Positions 42,002 through 52,866 are shown, counted from the stretch's first letter. The stretch: 64,000 nucleotides of DNA from an uncultured cyanobacterium (GCA_963718615.1 OY970368.1:2880001-2944000), one strand, 5' to 3'. Translations and numbers: made by a program. Notes: a model not told the origin generated them from the letters alone.

Positions 42002-42037
42002 ACGGGGACATTGCAGTGCAATGTCCCCGTCTTTTTT
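42002..42037 (+). terminator. Intrinsic terminator downstream of hpf
   Basis: Perfect 14-bp inverted repeat ACGGGGACATTGCA-G-TGCAATGTCCCCGT followed by CTTTTTT. Confidence 0.8.
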
Positions 42038-42064
42038 CCGTTTTTTGGCATTTGGGGGGAGATT

Positions 42065-42646
42065 CTAGAAATAGAGCCAAGTTGTCCAAGCATATTTGGT
42101 ACCTGTGAGAACGGGTAAGGATTGGTGGGGATAGGCATAAAACGACGGAAAAACCAGGACCGCGCCTCGTTGGGGTTTGACCTTGAGTAATTGGCGATCG
42201 AAATAGGTTTCTCCCCCTTCAAAGTCATCATTCAAATAGCCCACCACACTCACATCCCGCGTCGGTACACCCCGCTGGGATTCTTCTAGGCGGCTGGGCA
42301 TAAGCAAATTATCCACATGGCGCTGGTAAAATTCGCCCGTTTCGTAGCGCAAAATCGAACAGGCTTCAGCACGAGTAAAGCGAATACCGTATTCGGCATG
42401 GAGCCAGTCCTGCACATAGCCCACCTGTTCGAGCAGGAGCTCATTAGTTGAGGTCAAAACCGGATCGCCCTCCAGCAGCAGCTTGGTATTACTGCGGACT
42501 TCGGCCTCGACGCGGCCTAGCTCAACCCCAGCGGGTTCGGGCTGATAGAACTGGGTGAGCTGGATGAGGTGGTCACAGAGGCTGGGAGTAATCAAAGATT
42601 GCAGCAAAAAGATATCAGGGGTGAGAGCGGTGATCGTTAAAGACAT
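42065..42646 (-). CDS. 2OG-Fe(II) oxygenase (prolyl hydroxylase-like)
   Basis: HVD, YLNDDFEGGET, H..K.A C-terminal motif. Confidence 0.85.
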   Translation of the reverse strand: MSLTITALTPDIFLLQSLITPSLCDHLIQLTQFYQPEPAGVELGRVEAEVRSNTKLLLEGDPVLTSTNELLLEQVGYVQDWLHAEYGIRFTRAEACSILRYETGEFYQRHVDNLLMPSRLEESQRGVPTRDVSVVGYLNDDFEGGETYFDRQLLKVKPQRGAVLVFPSFYAYPHQSLPVLTGTKYAWTTWLYF

Positions 42647-42707
42647 TGTATTGTTAAGGACATTTTGTAGAATGGGGCTGTTCCGGATGGGTGGAAGGAT
42701 TTAGAGC

Positions 42708-44228
42708 ATGGTTCGGGCAGCTTCTCGGCGCACAGGATGGCAACCCCTCGATCGCTGGGCGATCGCCCTCATGGCAATTCTGGCTTTACTGACGGCGTTG
42801 CTTTGGGGAAGCGGCGACCATAGCCTGCCTCGGGTGAGGGGGTTTAATTGGGAAGGTCGCCAGGTGGGTTCCATGGACCAAGCGATGATCTTTAACTTTA
42901 GCCGTCCCATGGATCGAGAGACCGTGGAACAGGGCTTTAAGTTGGAGCCACCGCTTCCCGGTAAGTTTAGCTGGGCGAGACGGCGGATGGCCTATACGCT
43001 AGATGTACCGCTGCCCTATGGAGATCAGGAATATAGGGTGGCGATAACCGGGGCGAAGGATGCCCTGGGCGGCGCTGGCGCTCGTGAGATGGAGCCGTTT
43101 GTGGGACGATTCCGGAGTCGCGATCGCGCCTTTGTCTATATTGGTGTGGACGGAGAAGAGGCGGGCCGATTAATTCTGTATAACCTGACCCAGCAGGGGG
43201 CTACGGTCCTGACGCCAGAAAATTTAGTTGTGTCGGATTTTGAGCCTGCGCCCGAGGGCGATCGCATTGTGTTTTCAGCGAGCGATCGCCAATCGTTTCT
43301 CCAGGGTTTGCCCGACCAACAGATTTATCAGGTCACCACGGGGCTGAGTGATGGCTCCAATCCAGACCAGAAACCCCAATCAGCGGGGGAAGTCGTGCAG
43401 ATCCTCGATAGTCAAAACTATCTCAATTTAGGCTTTGACTTGGCTCCCAACGGCAAGACACTGTTGGTGGAACGGGCGGAGAAGCAAAATCCAGGCGCGA
43501 GTTTTGGGTTATGGATTATTCAGGGGAATCAGGCGGCTAAGCCCTTTGAGACTGCACCGGGGGGCGAATTTTTGATTACGCCCGATAGTCAATCCCTGGT
43601 CATGGCCCAGGGGGAAGGCATTGCCGTGCTGCCCTTGGAGTCGGGGGCCAAGCCGATTGATTTTTTGCCCAAATTTGGTCAGGTGCTCGATTTTTCGCCC
43701 GATGGCACCCAGGCAACCATGGTCAAATTTAATGGGGACTATACGGCGTCGCTGTTTTGGGTGACGAATCAGGGGATTCAAAAGGAACTCTGGAGGCTCG
43801 ATGGTGCCGTGCTACAGGCCCAGTTTGACCGGACCCAAACGCGGCTCTACTGTTTATTCTCCAAGCGGATTCCCGGCGAGATTTATCAAGAGCAACCCTT
43901 TGTCGCCGTGTTGGATTTAGAAAAAGCTAAAGCCGCTAAGGGCTTGACAGCCCCGAAGACGCTCTATGAATTACCGGTTAATCAGCGGGATGTCACGCTT
44001 AATCTTGCCCCCGATGGTTTGGCGCTGATCTTTGACCAGGTGAAATCAGCCCAGGGTCAGCAGGAAACCGGTGTGCGGGGGAGTGATGGTCGGGCGATCG
44101 CAGAAAGTCGGCTGTGGGTGCTACCGCTGCTCTCGCCGGTTTTGAATGGAGTAGCGGACACCTCGGTGGAGACGCCAGAGGCGGTATCCTTGCCGCTTCA
44201 GGGGTTGCGACCCAAGTGGATGCCCTAG
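42708..44228 (+). CDS. Membrane-anchored Ig-like domain plus beta-propeller protein
   Basis: N-terminal TM, FSRPMDRETVE Ig-like motif, repeated (A/S/T)PDG blade motifs. Confidence 0.7.
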   Translation: MVRAASRRTGWQPLDRWAIALMAILALLTALLWGSGDHSLPRVRGFNWEGRQVGSMDQAMIFNFSRPMDRETVEQGFKLEPPLPGKFSWARRRMAYTLDVPLPYGDQEYRVAITGAKDALGGAGAREMEPFVGRFRSRDRAFVYIGVDGEEAGRLILYNLTQQGATVLTPENLVVSDFEPAPEGDRIVFSASDRQSFLQGLPDQQIYQVTTGLSDGSNPDQKPQSAGEVVQILDSQNYLNLGFDLAPNGKTLLVERAEKQNPGASFGLWIIQGNQAAKPFETAPGGEFLITPDSQSLVMAQGEGIAVLPLESGAKPIDFLPKFGQVLDFSPDGTQATMVKFNGDYTASLFWVTNQGIQKELWRLDGAVLQAQFDRTQTRLYCLFSKRIPGEIYQEQPFVAVLDLEKAKAAKGLTAPKTLYELPVNQRDVTLNLAPDGLALIFDQVKSAQGQQETGVRGSDGRAIAESRLWVLPLLSPVLNGVADTSVETPEAVSLPLQGLRPKWMP

Positions 44229-44244
44229 TGCGACTAGGCTGTGA

Positions 44245-45492
44245 CTAGGGCGCGACTGCTGTTCTCATCGGCTGCGAGGAAGAGATAGATTCAACCTTGA
44301 GGATTGGATCGAGGATTTGATCATAGATCTCTTCCAGGTGGGCGGTATTGATCGCCAAGTCAAAGCGCTGGGTGACATGGACACGTCCGGCTAATCCCAT
44401 GGAGCGCCTAAGCTCTGGCTGGGCCAACAGTCGCTCGATCGCCCGACTCAGTTCTGCCACCGCCCGTTCGGGAACCAGCAATCCCGTTTCGTGATGACGA
44501 ACCACTTCGCGAATTCCTCCGGAGGCGAAGCTCACCACCGGCAGCTCCATGGCCTGGGCCTCGGCAAATACCATTCCTAACCCCTCCAGATCCCCCTGGG
44601 GCGTTGTCACGCTGGGCACACAGAAGAGGGCCGCTCGGTTCATCCAGTAACGCACCGCCGAGGCGGGCTGACGTCCGAGAAACTCGGCTTGTACTCCGCT
44701 TTGCTGAGCTTGCTTTTCGAGTTGCGATCGCAACTTTCCCTCCCCAATGATCACCACCTTCACATCCGGATATCGCTGCTGAACCGCCTCCATAGCCTGG
44801 AGCAAATAGGTACAGCCCTTTTTCTCCACCAATCGTCCGACAAATAACACCACCGGCTCACGGGGTAACAACGGCTCCGGCTGAAATTGCTGGAGATCAA
44901 TGCCGATGTAATGGGTTGTGACTTTTTCCGGTGGACAACCCTGGGCAAGCAAATGCGATCGAATGCAATCCGAGACGGCAATCACCTGAGCCGCTTCGGC
45001 AAAGAGCTGTTGTCGCTGACGAATATAGCGATATTTGTAATAGGTACCTCGATGGTAGAGCAACTGATGGAGATCTCCCCAGGGAGTTCGTCGTTGGGCG
45101 GGAAGCTGGAGTGCCGCATCATAACCGTGGAACGTAACTACGAGGGGAATTCCGAGGCGGCGGGCGATCGGTAACGCCTGGACAGCATCGGGGCCGAAGT
45201 GAGCATGAAGCAACTGGGGCGATCGCCCTTGCAAGAGCCGCAAAAAAGCCCGAGGCGGATGCTGAAGCAACTTAAGCTGGGCCTTCCCCCAAGCAGGCCA
45301 CCGGACCTGGTCTTCGAGCAGACAGAAGCGATCGCCCGGTAGGGCCTCCCACCCCGACTGACGCGAAACCCCCACGTAGTAGCCTTGGTAGCGCTGGAGG
45401 GATTCCGCTTGGGCTGGGATAAAGGTTTCAGAATAGGCGAGGAGGCGATCGCGATAGATCAAAACAGGACGATCAGAAACGCTATCCAACAT
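44245..45492 (-). CDS. Glycosyltransferase family 4
   Basis: SETFI, HAHFG, GRLVEKKG, EGLGMVFAEA. Confidence 0.9.
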   Translation of the reverse strand: MLDSVSDRPVLIYRDRLLAYSETFIPAQAESLQRYQGYYVGVSRQSGWEALPGDRFCLLEDQVRWPAWGKAQLKLLQHPPRAFLRLLQGRSPQLLHAHFGPDAVQALPIARRLGIPLVVTFHGYDAALQLPAQRRTPWGDLHQLLYHRGTYYKYRYIRQRQQLFAEAAQVIAVSDCIRSHLLAQGCPPEKVTTHYIGIDLQQFQPEPLLPREPVVLFVGRLVEKKGCTYLLQAMEAVQQRYPDVKVVIIGEGKLRSQLEKQAQQSGVQAEFLGRQPASAVRYWMNRAALFCVPSVTTPQGDLEGLGMVFAEAQAMELPVVSFASGGIREVVRHHETGLLVPERAVAELSRAIERLLAQPELRRSMGLAGRVHVTQRFDLAINTAHLEEIYDQILDPILKVESISSSQPMRTAVAP

Positions 45493-46474
45493 AAAGAGCT
45501 TTCCAACGACGCAGCAGGTGATAAAACGGGCTCAGCACACTGGTTTGAAAGAGTTCACGCTCACATTGGGTGACCACATCTAGGGACTCAAGATGGCGAT
45601 AGTGCCAACAATGCATCAGCAGTTTGCGCAGATCATTGATCAAATAAAACAGCGTCATCGGGAACCGCTGCCAGCGGGGAAAAACCACCATGCGGGTATA
45701 GTAGCGCCCTAACCCAATGCCGCGAAAAAAGCGACAGAGATATTCCCGCTCAAATCGCCATTGCGGAATCCAATGGACAATGTGCATCTCTGGGTTAAAC
45801 CAAATTTCCCAGCCCGCCTGCTTGAGATAGCTGAGGGCTTCAATGTCCTCCCCCTTCGCCGCCAACCCCTCCCCCACCGGACCACTGAGCACCAACTGCT
45901 CGGGCACCGTTTCAAGCCAAGCCTGCCGCCGAATCATCAGACCGGCTCCCGGCGGTAGCACCTGTTTGCGGGCATAGATCCCGGTGGTAAAACAGACCGG
46001 GCGATCGCGCTCAATCACCGGCAAAAAATGGGCAATGCGCTGAAAATGCTCCGGCGGCTCCACTTCAAAATGACCATGGATCTGACTACCACAGGCTCCT
46101 GCGCGCGGATGGGCCTGCCCAAAGGTGTAAGCAGCGGCCACCCAATCCGCCTCGGGGATATTATCGTCATCCAGAAATCCAATCCATTCGCCCTGGGCTT
46201 CCCGAATCGCTCGCCAGCGGGCAAAGACAGCCCCTTGCTGAGGCTCTTGATAATACCGGAGCGTCCAACCCTTGGGCCAGTTGGCTTGATAGCGCTGAAC
46301 CACAGCGGCGGTGTCGTCCGTACTGCAATTGTCGATAATGACGGTTTCCCAGGTCAAACCGTCCAGGCCCGTTTGAGTCAGAATGGCCTCTAGGAGAGTC
46401 GGTAGCCGGTCCGCCGCATTGTATGCCCGGATAGCCACAGTAAAATTAAGGATGTCCGGAGCCGATGATTGCAT
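45482..46474 (-). CDS. Glycosyltransferase family 2 (HpsE-like)
   Basis: IDNCSTD, FLDDD, LPPGAGL, GED. Confidence 0.85.
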   Translation of the reverse strand: MQSSAPDILNFTVAIRAYNAADRLPTLLEAILTQTGLDGLTWETVIIDNCSTDDTAAVVQRYQANWPKGWTLRYYQEPQQGAVFARWRAIREAQGEWIGFLDDDNIPEADWVAAAYTFGQAHPRAGACGSQIHGHFEVEPPEHFQRIAHFLPVIERDRPVCFTTGIYARKQVLPPGAGLMIRRQAWLETVPEQLVLSGPVGEGLAAKGEDIEALSYLKQAGWEIWFNPEMHIVHWIPQWRFEREYLCRFFRGIGLGRYYTRMVVFPRWQRFPMTLFYLINDLRKLLMHCWHYRHLESLDVVTQCERELFQTSVLSPFYHLLRRWKALYVG

Positions 46475-46788
46475 CTGAATTCAATGGCCAATGGTGCAAG
46501 CTGTAAAAAGCCAGGACTCAAGTTTTGGCTTGAGTAGTGATAGATGCAAAATCAAACCCAACGAATTGATTCTCTCAAACCTGATTCCAGCATGGCTCAT
46601 AAATACGGTATTAGCACGTAGGTTAATAGCTTCTTTCTACACTCTCTATTGTGCGATGAAGCTTTGCCATAGGCTCAGGATTCCCGTTTTCGCCAAAAAA
46701 TAGTCGGTGGACGTTAAGGCCAATGGGGTTTGGGAAATTAGGTTATGTTGAAGAAGCACGAGATTTGGAACAGCACAGGGCAACAATT

Positions 46789-47655
46789 ATGGGATTGGCG
46801 GAGAAGCGATCGCAGCTCGAAGCGATGTTTGCAGACCTGGACCGGGCGCTCATTGCCTATTCAGGAGGCATCGACAGCACGCTGGTGGCTAAGTTGGCCT
46901 ATGACCAGTTGGGCGATCGCGCCCTAGCAATCACCGCCGTTTCCCCTTCGCTGATGCCGGAGGATCTGGAGGAAGCCCAGGCCCAAGCCCAGGCCATTGG
47001 CATTCGCCATGAGCTGGTCCACACCCACGAGATGGATAATCCGAACTACACGAGTAATCCGGTAAATCGCTGTTACTTTTGCAAAAGCGAACTCCACGAT
47101 ACGCTCAAACCCCTGGCCCTGGAACGGGGCTATCCCTATGTATTAGATGGCGTCAATGGGGACGACCTGCGGGATTATCGTCCTGGGATTCAGGCGGCGA
47201 AGGAACGGGGCGCGCGATCGCCCCTAGCGGAGGTGGGACTGAGCAAATTAGAAGTGCGTCAACTCTCCCAGGAACTCGGCCTACCCTGGTGGAATAAACC
47301 GGCCCAGCCCTGCTTGTCCTCGCGATTTCCCTACGGGGAACTGATTACCGTCGAGAAGCTCCAGCGAGTGGGCCAAGCTGAGCAGCATCTGCGGCGGCGG
47401 GGTTGGAGCACGGTGCGGGTGCGGTCGGAAGGAGACACGGCGCGGATTGAGCTGCCGCCGGAGCAGATTGGTGAATTTGTCGCCCAGACTTCGCTGCCAG
47501 AGTTAGTCGCTGCGTTTCAGGACTATGGCTTTTTGTTTGTGACGCTGGATCTGGAAGGATTCCAGAGTGGCAAGCTGAATCGGATATTGACTTTTAATGC
47601 GTCTCCCAATGGTCCAACAATCACAACATCATGCTGCATCCTGCCCGTCCATTGA
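46789..47655 (+). CDS. larE: ATP-dependent sacrificial sulfur transferase LarE
   Basis: AYSGGIDS PP-loop, RCYFCK, DYRPG, PCLSSRFPYG. Confidence 0.9.
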   Translation: MGLAEKRSQLEAMFADLDRALIAYSGGIDSTLVAKLAYDQLGDRALAITAVSPSLMPEDLEEAQAQAQAIGIRHELVHTHEMDNPNYTSNPVNRCYFCKSELHDTLKPLALERGYPYVLDGVNGDDLRDYRPGIQAAKERGARSPLAEVGLSKLEVRQLSQELGLPWWNKPAQPCLSSRFPYGELITVEKLQRVGQAEQHLRRRGWSTVRVRSEGDTARIELPPEQIGEFVAQTSLPELVAAFQDYGFLFVTLDLEGFQSGKLNRILTFNASPNGPTITTSCCILPVH

Positions 47656-47693
47656 TTTGACATCCATTGGATTTAAATCGAACCGAGTTTATT

Positions 47694-48206
47694 TCAGCTG
47701 GGCAAACGGTCCATCAATTGACCAACAACCTGCTGAACCTTAATATCCAAAGCACCCCAGTCTACTTCACCATAGTCATCTAACAAGGTTTCGTCAATTT
47801 CAACCTCATCAGTTGCTTCTGAGCCAGTTGCTTCCGATGACCCCGGTACATAATTTTGAAAACAGACTTGATAGCACAACTGCCAGAGATCAAACTGTAC
47901 AAGCTGATCATCTCGGCTCAAGTTCAATCGATACGCCATCGCAGGCTCCGGCAATGCGGCTAAAGCAGCTTCTAATGCGGGCACTTCATCAGGACGGGCG
48001 CGATCGAGCTGTTGCAGAATGACATCCCGCTGCTGCTGTTGCTCCAATGTGGTTCCCTCAGGCCAAGTCGCGATATCTTCGTAGTGGCTCTGCCAATCCG
48101 ACTCGGATAGCACTTTACGAAAGTTATCCAACAGACGGATAAAGGCTGGCTGCATGAGAAGCTCAGCTTGGTGCCAAGTTTTTACATCGTTAATTTGGGG
48201 CTTCAT
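47694..48206 (-). CDS. Conserved cyanobacterial hypothetical protein
   Basis: AELLMQPAFIRLLDN, DLWQLCYQVCF. Confidence 0.7.
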   Translation of the reverse strand: MKPQINDVKTWHQAELLMQPAFIRLLDNFRKVLSESDWQSHYEDIATWPEGTTLEQQQQRDVILQQLDRARPDEVPALEAALAALPEPAMAYRLNLSRDDQLVQFDLWQLCYQVCFQNYVPGSSEATGSEATDEVEIDETLLDDYGEVDWGALDIKVQQVVGQLMDRLPS

Positions 48207-48352
48207 AGCGATGGATTGCGACCTTGATAGATTGAGACCTTTACCGAGACCGATTAGGCTTGATACTCGATCATACAGGGGTGATACAATTGCAAGTAAG
48301 TTTGCAGCTTAATATCTATCAACTTCATCCACTTTAGAAGAGTTGAAAAGCC

Positions 48353-50995
48353 ATGGGACGTTGCCTCAGTCTCCTGTTTTGCTTATTGTACAGTTTAAGC
48401 AACGGCCTCGTGCTGGCGACTGAGGAGCCCTCTGAGCACTCCAAGGATCAGCCCTCTGAGCAGCCCTCTGAGCAGCCCACGAAGCGCTTCTCCAACGCCC
48501 TGCTGCAAAACGGCATCCAGCGCTATCAAGCCGGACAGACTCAAGCGGCAATTGATATGTGGAAACAGGCCCTTGCAGAAACGGCACAACCCTATCAGCA
48601 GGCTCTGCTGCTCAATTACCTAGCGTTGGCCTATCAACAGCTTGGACAAGTCCAACAAGCCCAGAGCGCTTTAATCCATGCGAAAACCCTGCTCGACGGT
48701 GAGCTCGACGGTGAATTGCCCCACGGCTTCGATCAACATCAAACGGCCTCTATTCAATCCCGTCTTCTCAATACCCAAGGTCGATTATATTGGTCGCAAG
48801 GTCAGATTGAGTTGGCTCAAGCGACCTGGCAAGCTGCCCAGGAGGCCTATGGCATCGCTGAAGATCCGGAAGGTCAACTGCTAGCAACACTCAACCGAGC
48901 GCAGGCGTTGATGGCCTTGGGATTTAATCACCAAGCAGAGGTTCAACTGAGCCAGAGCTATCAGCAATTACAACGTTATGCCCCCGATAACCCTAATCTG
49001 AGCGCCACAGGACTGCAATTGCTGGGCATCGTCTTGCGGCAGGTGGGTCAGCCTCAGCGATCGCAACAGATCCTGCAAGAAAGTCTCAGCATCACGCCCC
49101 CTACAGCAGTAAATCAGCAGGCTAAAACCCTTTTGGAACTGGGGAATGGCGAACAGGTTTTAGGCACTCGCTTGAAAACCCTGGGGAAACGGACAGACTC
49201 GCAAGCAGCGACACAGCAAGCTTTACAGTTTTATCAGCAAGCGGAAACCCTCGCAACGGAGCCGCTGGTGCAATGGCAAAGTCGATTAAATCGGCTGGCG
49301 CTCCTCGTGGATACGGATAATTCGCAGGCGATCGCGATCGCCTCCACCCTCCAAACCCAGCTCCCAGCCTTTCTCGCAACCCAGCCTCCCAGCCATGCAA
49401 CGGTCCAAGCCCAGCTCAATTTGGCAGACCGCCTCATTGACCTCGGACAAAATCCGGAGCCTCTCATTCAATCCACCCTGATTCAAGCCAAAACCCTAGC
49501 GGATTCCACAGCAATTTCCTATGCCCTTGGGCAGCGGGGCGCTTGGTTGGAGCAGCAACAGCAATGGGCTCAGGCTCAATATTGGACAGAGCAAGCCCTG
49601 GTAACACTTGATCCAGTCCAAGTGCCGAGTTTACGATATCGCTGGGAGTGGCAGCTCGGGCGGTTGCTGCGACAGCAACGGAATCTACCGGGGGCGATCG
49701 CCGCCTACCAAGACGCGGTCACTAGTCTCGAAGCGGTGCGGGGAGATTTGCTGTCTATTAATCCAGAACTCCAATTTTCCTTTCGAGATGATGTAGAACC
49801 AGTCTATCGTGAGTTGGTGGGTCTACTACTCGACGAGTCCAAGGCCAAGGACGGTGCTCCCAGCCAGTCCGTGCTTAAGCAAGCCATTCAGCAGGTTGAC
49901 GCATTGCAGCTCGCAGAATTGGAGAATTTTCTAGGTTGCAAACTGGCTCGAACCGTAGCGCTCGGAGCGGTTACCGCTGATCCAAAGGCGGCTAAGCTTT
50001 ACCCCTTGATTCTGGACGATCGCCTAGCCATTATCCTTGAACCCCCCGGACAACAACCGTTGCAGTACCATGAAATTCGTGTAGAACGCCTGATAGTGCA
50101 GCAGCAACTACAACAGCTTCGGCAAGATTTGGCGGCACCGGGACGGACACCAGAGGCGATCGCAGGACTCACCACCGTCTACCAATGGCTCATCCAACCC
50201 TTTGAAGCCCAACTGACAGCCCAGAATGCCGAAACCTTGGTGTTTGTCTTGGATGGGGATCTGCGCAATATCCCCATGGCGGCCCTCTATGACGGTGAGG
50301 ATTATTTAATTAGTCGCTATGCCGTGGCCCTGTCACCTCGATTGCAGTTGTTTGATCCGAGACAGCGATCGCGCAATCTGTCGGTATTTCTCGGGGGCGT
50401 TGGTAAGCCTCAGGATTTGGCTGGGCGGAGTTTTCCGGCGATCGCCAACCTAGAACCCGAATTAGACGGTATCCGCGATCTCTTTTCCACTCCTCAACCT
50501 TTACTCAACGAATCTTTCACCAAACCTCAGCTCACTCAATCGTTATCCAGTCAATCCTTTTCAGCCATTCATCTCAAAACCCACGGCATCTTTAGCTCAG
50601 ACCCTGAAGAAACCTTTGTGGTCGCCTATGAAGGCTTGCTCACGGGGCAAGAGCTAGGGCAGTTGCTGCGGGGACGAGAAACCAAAGCAGGAACGCTCAG
50701 TCCAGTGGAACTCCTGGTATTGAGCGCCTGTTCTACGGCCCAGGGCGATAATCGGGCGGTCTTAGGAATGGCCGGATTGGCTGTCCAAGCGGGGGCGCAG
50801 AGTGTAGTTTCGACATTATGGGAAGCGCAGGATGTGCCAAATACAGCGTTGATGCTGCGCTTTTATGAGGCGTTGAAAAATCCAGCGGTGAGTCGGGCGG
50901 AGGCGTTGCGATCGGCACAGTTGTCGTTGCTGGAAGAGGGCTATACAACGCCCCATGTTTGGGCAACCTACGTGTTGGTGGGCAATTGGCTATAA
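48353..50995 (+). CDS. Exported TPR-CHAT (caspase-like) protein
   Basis: Signal peptide, TPRs, HLKTHG and LSAC catalytic motifs, C-terminal WATYVLVGNWL. Confidence 0.9.
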   Translation: MGRCLSLLFCLLYSLSNGLVLATEEPSEHSKDQPSEQPSEQPTKRFSNALLQNGIQRYQAGQTQAAIDMWKQALAETAQPYQQALLLNYLALAYQQLGQVQQAQSALIHAKTLLDGELDGELPHGFDQHQTASIQSRLLNTQGRLYWSQGQIELAQATWQAAQEAYGIAEDPEGQLLATLNRAQALMALGFNHQAEVQLSQSYQQLQRYAPDNPNLSATGLQLLGIVLRQVGQPQRSQQILQESLSITPPTAVNQQAKTLLELGNGEQVLGTRLKTLGKRTDSQAATQQALQFYQQAETLATEPLVQWQSRLNRLALLVDTDNSQAIAIASTLQTQLPAFLATQPPSHATVQAQLNLADRLIDLGQNPEPLIQSTLIQAKTLADSTAISYALGQRGAWLEQQQQWAQAQYWTEQALVTLDPVQVPSLRYRWEWQLGRLLRQQRNLPGAIAAYQDAVTSLEAVRGDLLSINPELQFSFRDDVEPVYRELVGLLLDESKAKDGAPSQSVLKQAIQQVDALQLAELENFLGCKLARTVALGAVTADPKAAKLYPLILDDRLAIILEPPGQQPLQYHEIRVERLIVQQQLQQLRQDLAAPGRTPEAIAGLTTVYQWLIQPFEAQLTAQNAETLVFVLDGDLRNIPMAALYDGEDYLISRYAVALSPRLQLFDPRQRSRNLSVFLGGVGKPQDLAGRSFPAIANLEPELDGIRDLFSTPQPLLNESFTKPQLTQSLSSQSFSAIHLKTHGIFSSDPEETFVVAYEGLLTGQELGQLLRGRETKAGTLSPVELLVLSACSTAQGDNRAVLGMAGLAVQAGAQSVVSTLWEAQDVPNTALMLRFYEALKNPAVSRAEALRSAQLSLLEEGYTTPHVWATYVLVGNWL

Positions 50996-51035
50996 GTGCG
51001 ATCCAGTGTAATAGATATGCCTTCTCCTGGCTAGA

Positions 51036-51236
51036 TTACGGGTTTACGCCCCTCAGTGCGAGTTCATGGATATAGCTTTGTCCTAAAAATTGAAGGCGAT
51101 CGCGATAGATACTTGACTGAGGTTGGCGATCGGGGTAATACGAATGACCTAAGAATTTCAGCTCAATTGGGGGTGAAGCAACGGCGACTCCGGCTGGGTT
51201 GATTTCGTAGCTGATTCCACGATATTTCAGAATCAT
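51036..51236 (-). CDS. DUF4278-family small protein
   Basis: LKYRGISY plus two L(K/Q)FLG(H/Q)SY repeats. Confidence 0.7.
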   Translation of the reverse strand: MILKYRGISYEINPAGVAVASPPIELKFLGHSYYPDRQPQSSIYRDRLQFLGQSYIHELALRGVNP

Positions 51237-51609
51237 GACTGCTTTTCCTGGCTGTTGTGATAGTACTAGAGATCAAGGGCAACAGATTCAGAGATTGCTG
51301 TATTGCCCTGTAGAAGTCTCCTACGGCTCTCCAATAGAAATTATTCAGATCAAACGGACAAAATCACTCAAAATTACTGCGATGACTGGAGTCGTTCAAG
51401 CATTTGATCTTTTCCCGAATGCTTGCTGAGCTTCACGCTTAGTCTTCCTAAAGCGGCTTATTTATCAAAATTCCATCTCTATCTGAATAAACCTGTTGAG
51501 TGCTTCGTAGGAGGTTGCAGAGGAGAGTGTAGCGCGCTGCTGAACGAGAACCACATCTCTACAGTTTTTCTCCTTTGATTCAACCGATTACCCCACAGGA
51601 GCAAATATC

Positions 51610-52776
51610 ATGGGAACTAAAGTTCTTGGACCTAATGACTACAATTTTTCAGCATCTAAAGAGTGGGATTACTTTCCTTATCCCAGCAAAGTCTGGAAAC
51701 CTTGGACAATTACTGGCAATGCTCGCAATAACACGCTAACGGGAGGTGAAAAAAACGACACGATTTTTGGAGGATTGGGTGACGATACCATCTTTGGTTT
51801 AGCAGGAAATGATTTGCTTTTTGGTCAAGCCGGTGACGATCGCCTATACGGGGGCAGCGGGGATGACTCGCTCTCTGGTTCGGATGGCAATGATGTGCTT
51901 GAAGGAGGAGCAGGCAACGATTATATGGATGGGGGCTCTGGCAACGACTACTATTACGTTGATTCTTTCAATGACAAAATCATTGAACTCAGCGGTTTTG
52001 GTCTCGACACCGTTGAAACCAGCCTGAGTGGCTATAACCTAGCGGCTAATGTCGAGAATTTGGTTGTTTCGCCGTTCTCCAATGGTGGAAGCTTTTTCGG
52101 CAACTATCTCGCTAACACAATGTATGGCAACGCTACTGGCAATGAACTCTACGGTATGGATGGCAATGATACTATCTTTGGCCGGGGAGGAAACGATATC
52201 CTAATTGGCGGTGCTGGCAGTGATGTTCTCTATGGCGATGACGGCAATGATCTCTTGTATGGATCTTACGATGCAGACCAGCTCTATGGAGGCGCTGGTC
52301 ATGATGTGCTGTACGGTGGCGGTGGCAATGACTACCTCGTTGCGGGGACAGGGACCGACGTTCTCTTGGGTGAGTCCGGCAATGATACTCTGGTCGGATC
52401 TGAAGGCTCAGGCTCCGCGATGCTCAATGGCTCTGCCACCGTCGCAAGCAATTACTTTGATCCGGGAGAGTTCGATACACTGATCGGTGGCATCGGATAC
52501 GATACGTTTGTTCTTGGTGGAACTTGGGGTGTTTCCTACTTTGAGAGTGGCGATGGCTATGCCACGATCCAAAACTTTGATTATTCCAGAGACAAAATCC
52601 AGGTAAAAGGAGGCTTGGGCACCTACAGTTTAGAGTTTAAGGAACTCGGCGGCGTTGGCTCTAGTGCGAAGGATACGGAGATCTACTTTACGAGCAGCAA
52701 TGGCGTAAAAGACCGGATTGGTATTGTTCAGGACACGACCAATATCAGCATCAACCGTGACTTTTTGTTTGTTTAG
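51610..52776 (+). CDS. RTX/hemolysin-type Ca-binding protein
   Basis: Many GGxGxDxLx repeats; AGGAG RBS. Confidence 0.9.
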   Translation: MGTKVLGPNDYNFSASKEWDYFPYPSKVWKPWTITGNARNNTLTGGEKNDTIFGGLGDDTIFGLAGNDLLFGQAGDDRLYGGSGDDSLSGSDGNDVLEGGAGNDYMDGGSGNDYYYVDSFNDKIIELSGFGLDTVETSLSGYNLAANVENLVVSPFSNGGSFFGNYLANTMYGNATGNELYGMDGNDTIFGRGGNDILIGGAGSDVLYGDDGNDLLYGSYDADQLYGGAGHDVLYGGGGNDYLVAGTGTDVLLGESGNDTLVGSEGSGSAMLNGSATVASNYFDPGEFDTLIGGIGYDTFVLGGTWGVSYFESGDGYATIQNFDYSRDKIQVKGGLGTYSLEFKELGGVGSSAKDTEIYFTSSNGVKDRIGIVQDTTNISINRDFLFV

Positions 52777-52866
52777 TTTGTAGTCGGTAGTCAGGGTGTC
52801 TAGAATGAGTGCAGGATGGGATTTTCCCATCCTGTTTCTTCGGCTTGTTGTTTGGGGAGATTCAAA

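Noticed and set aside
51237-51600. Glutamine riboswitch or NtcA site upstream of the DUF4278 gene
   Set aside because: Conserved riboswitch core not found on the minus strand; GTA..TAC spacing near 51310 is N9, not N8
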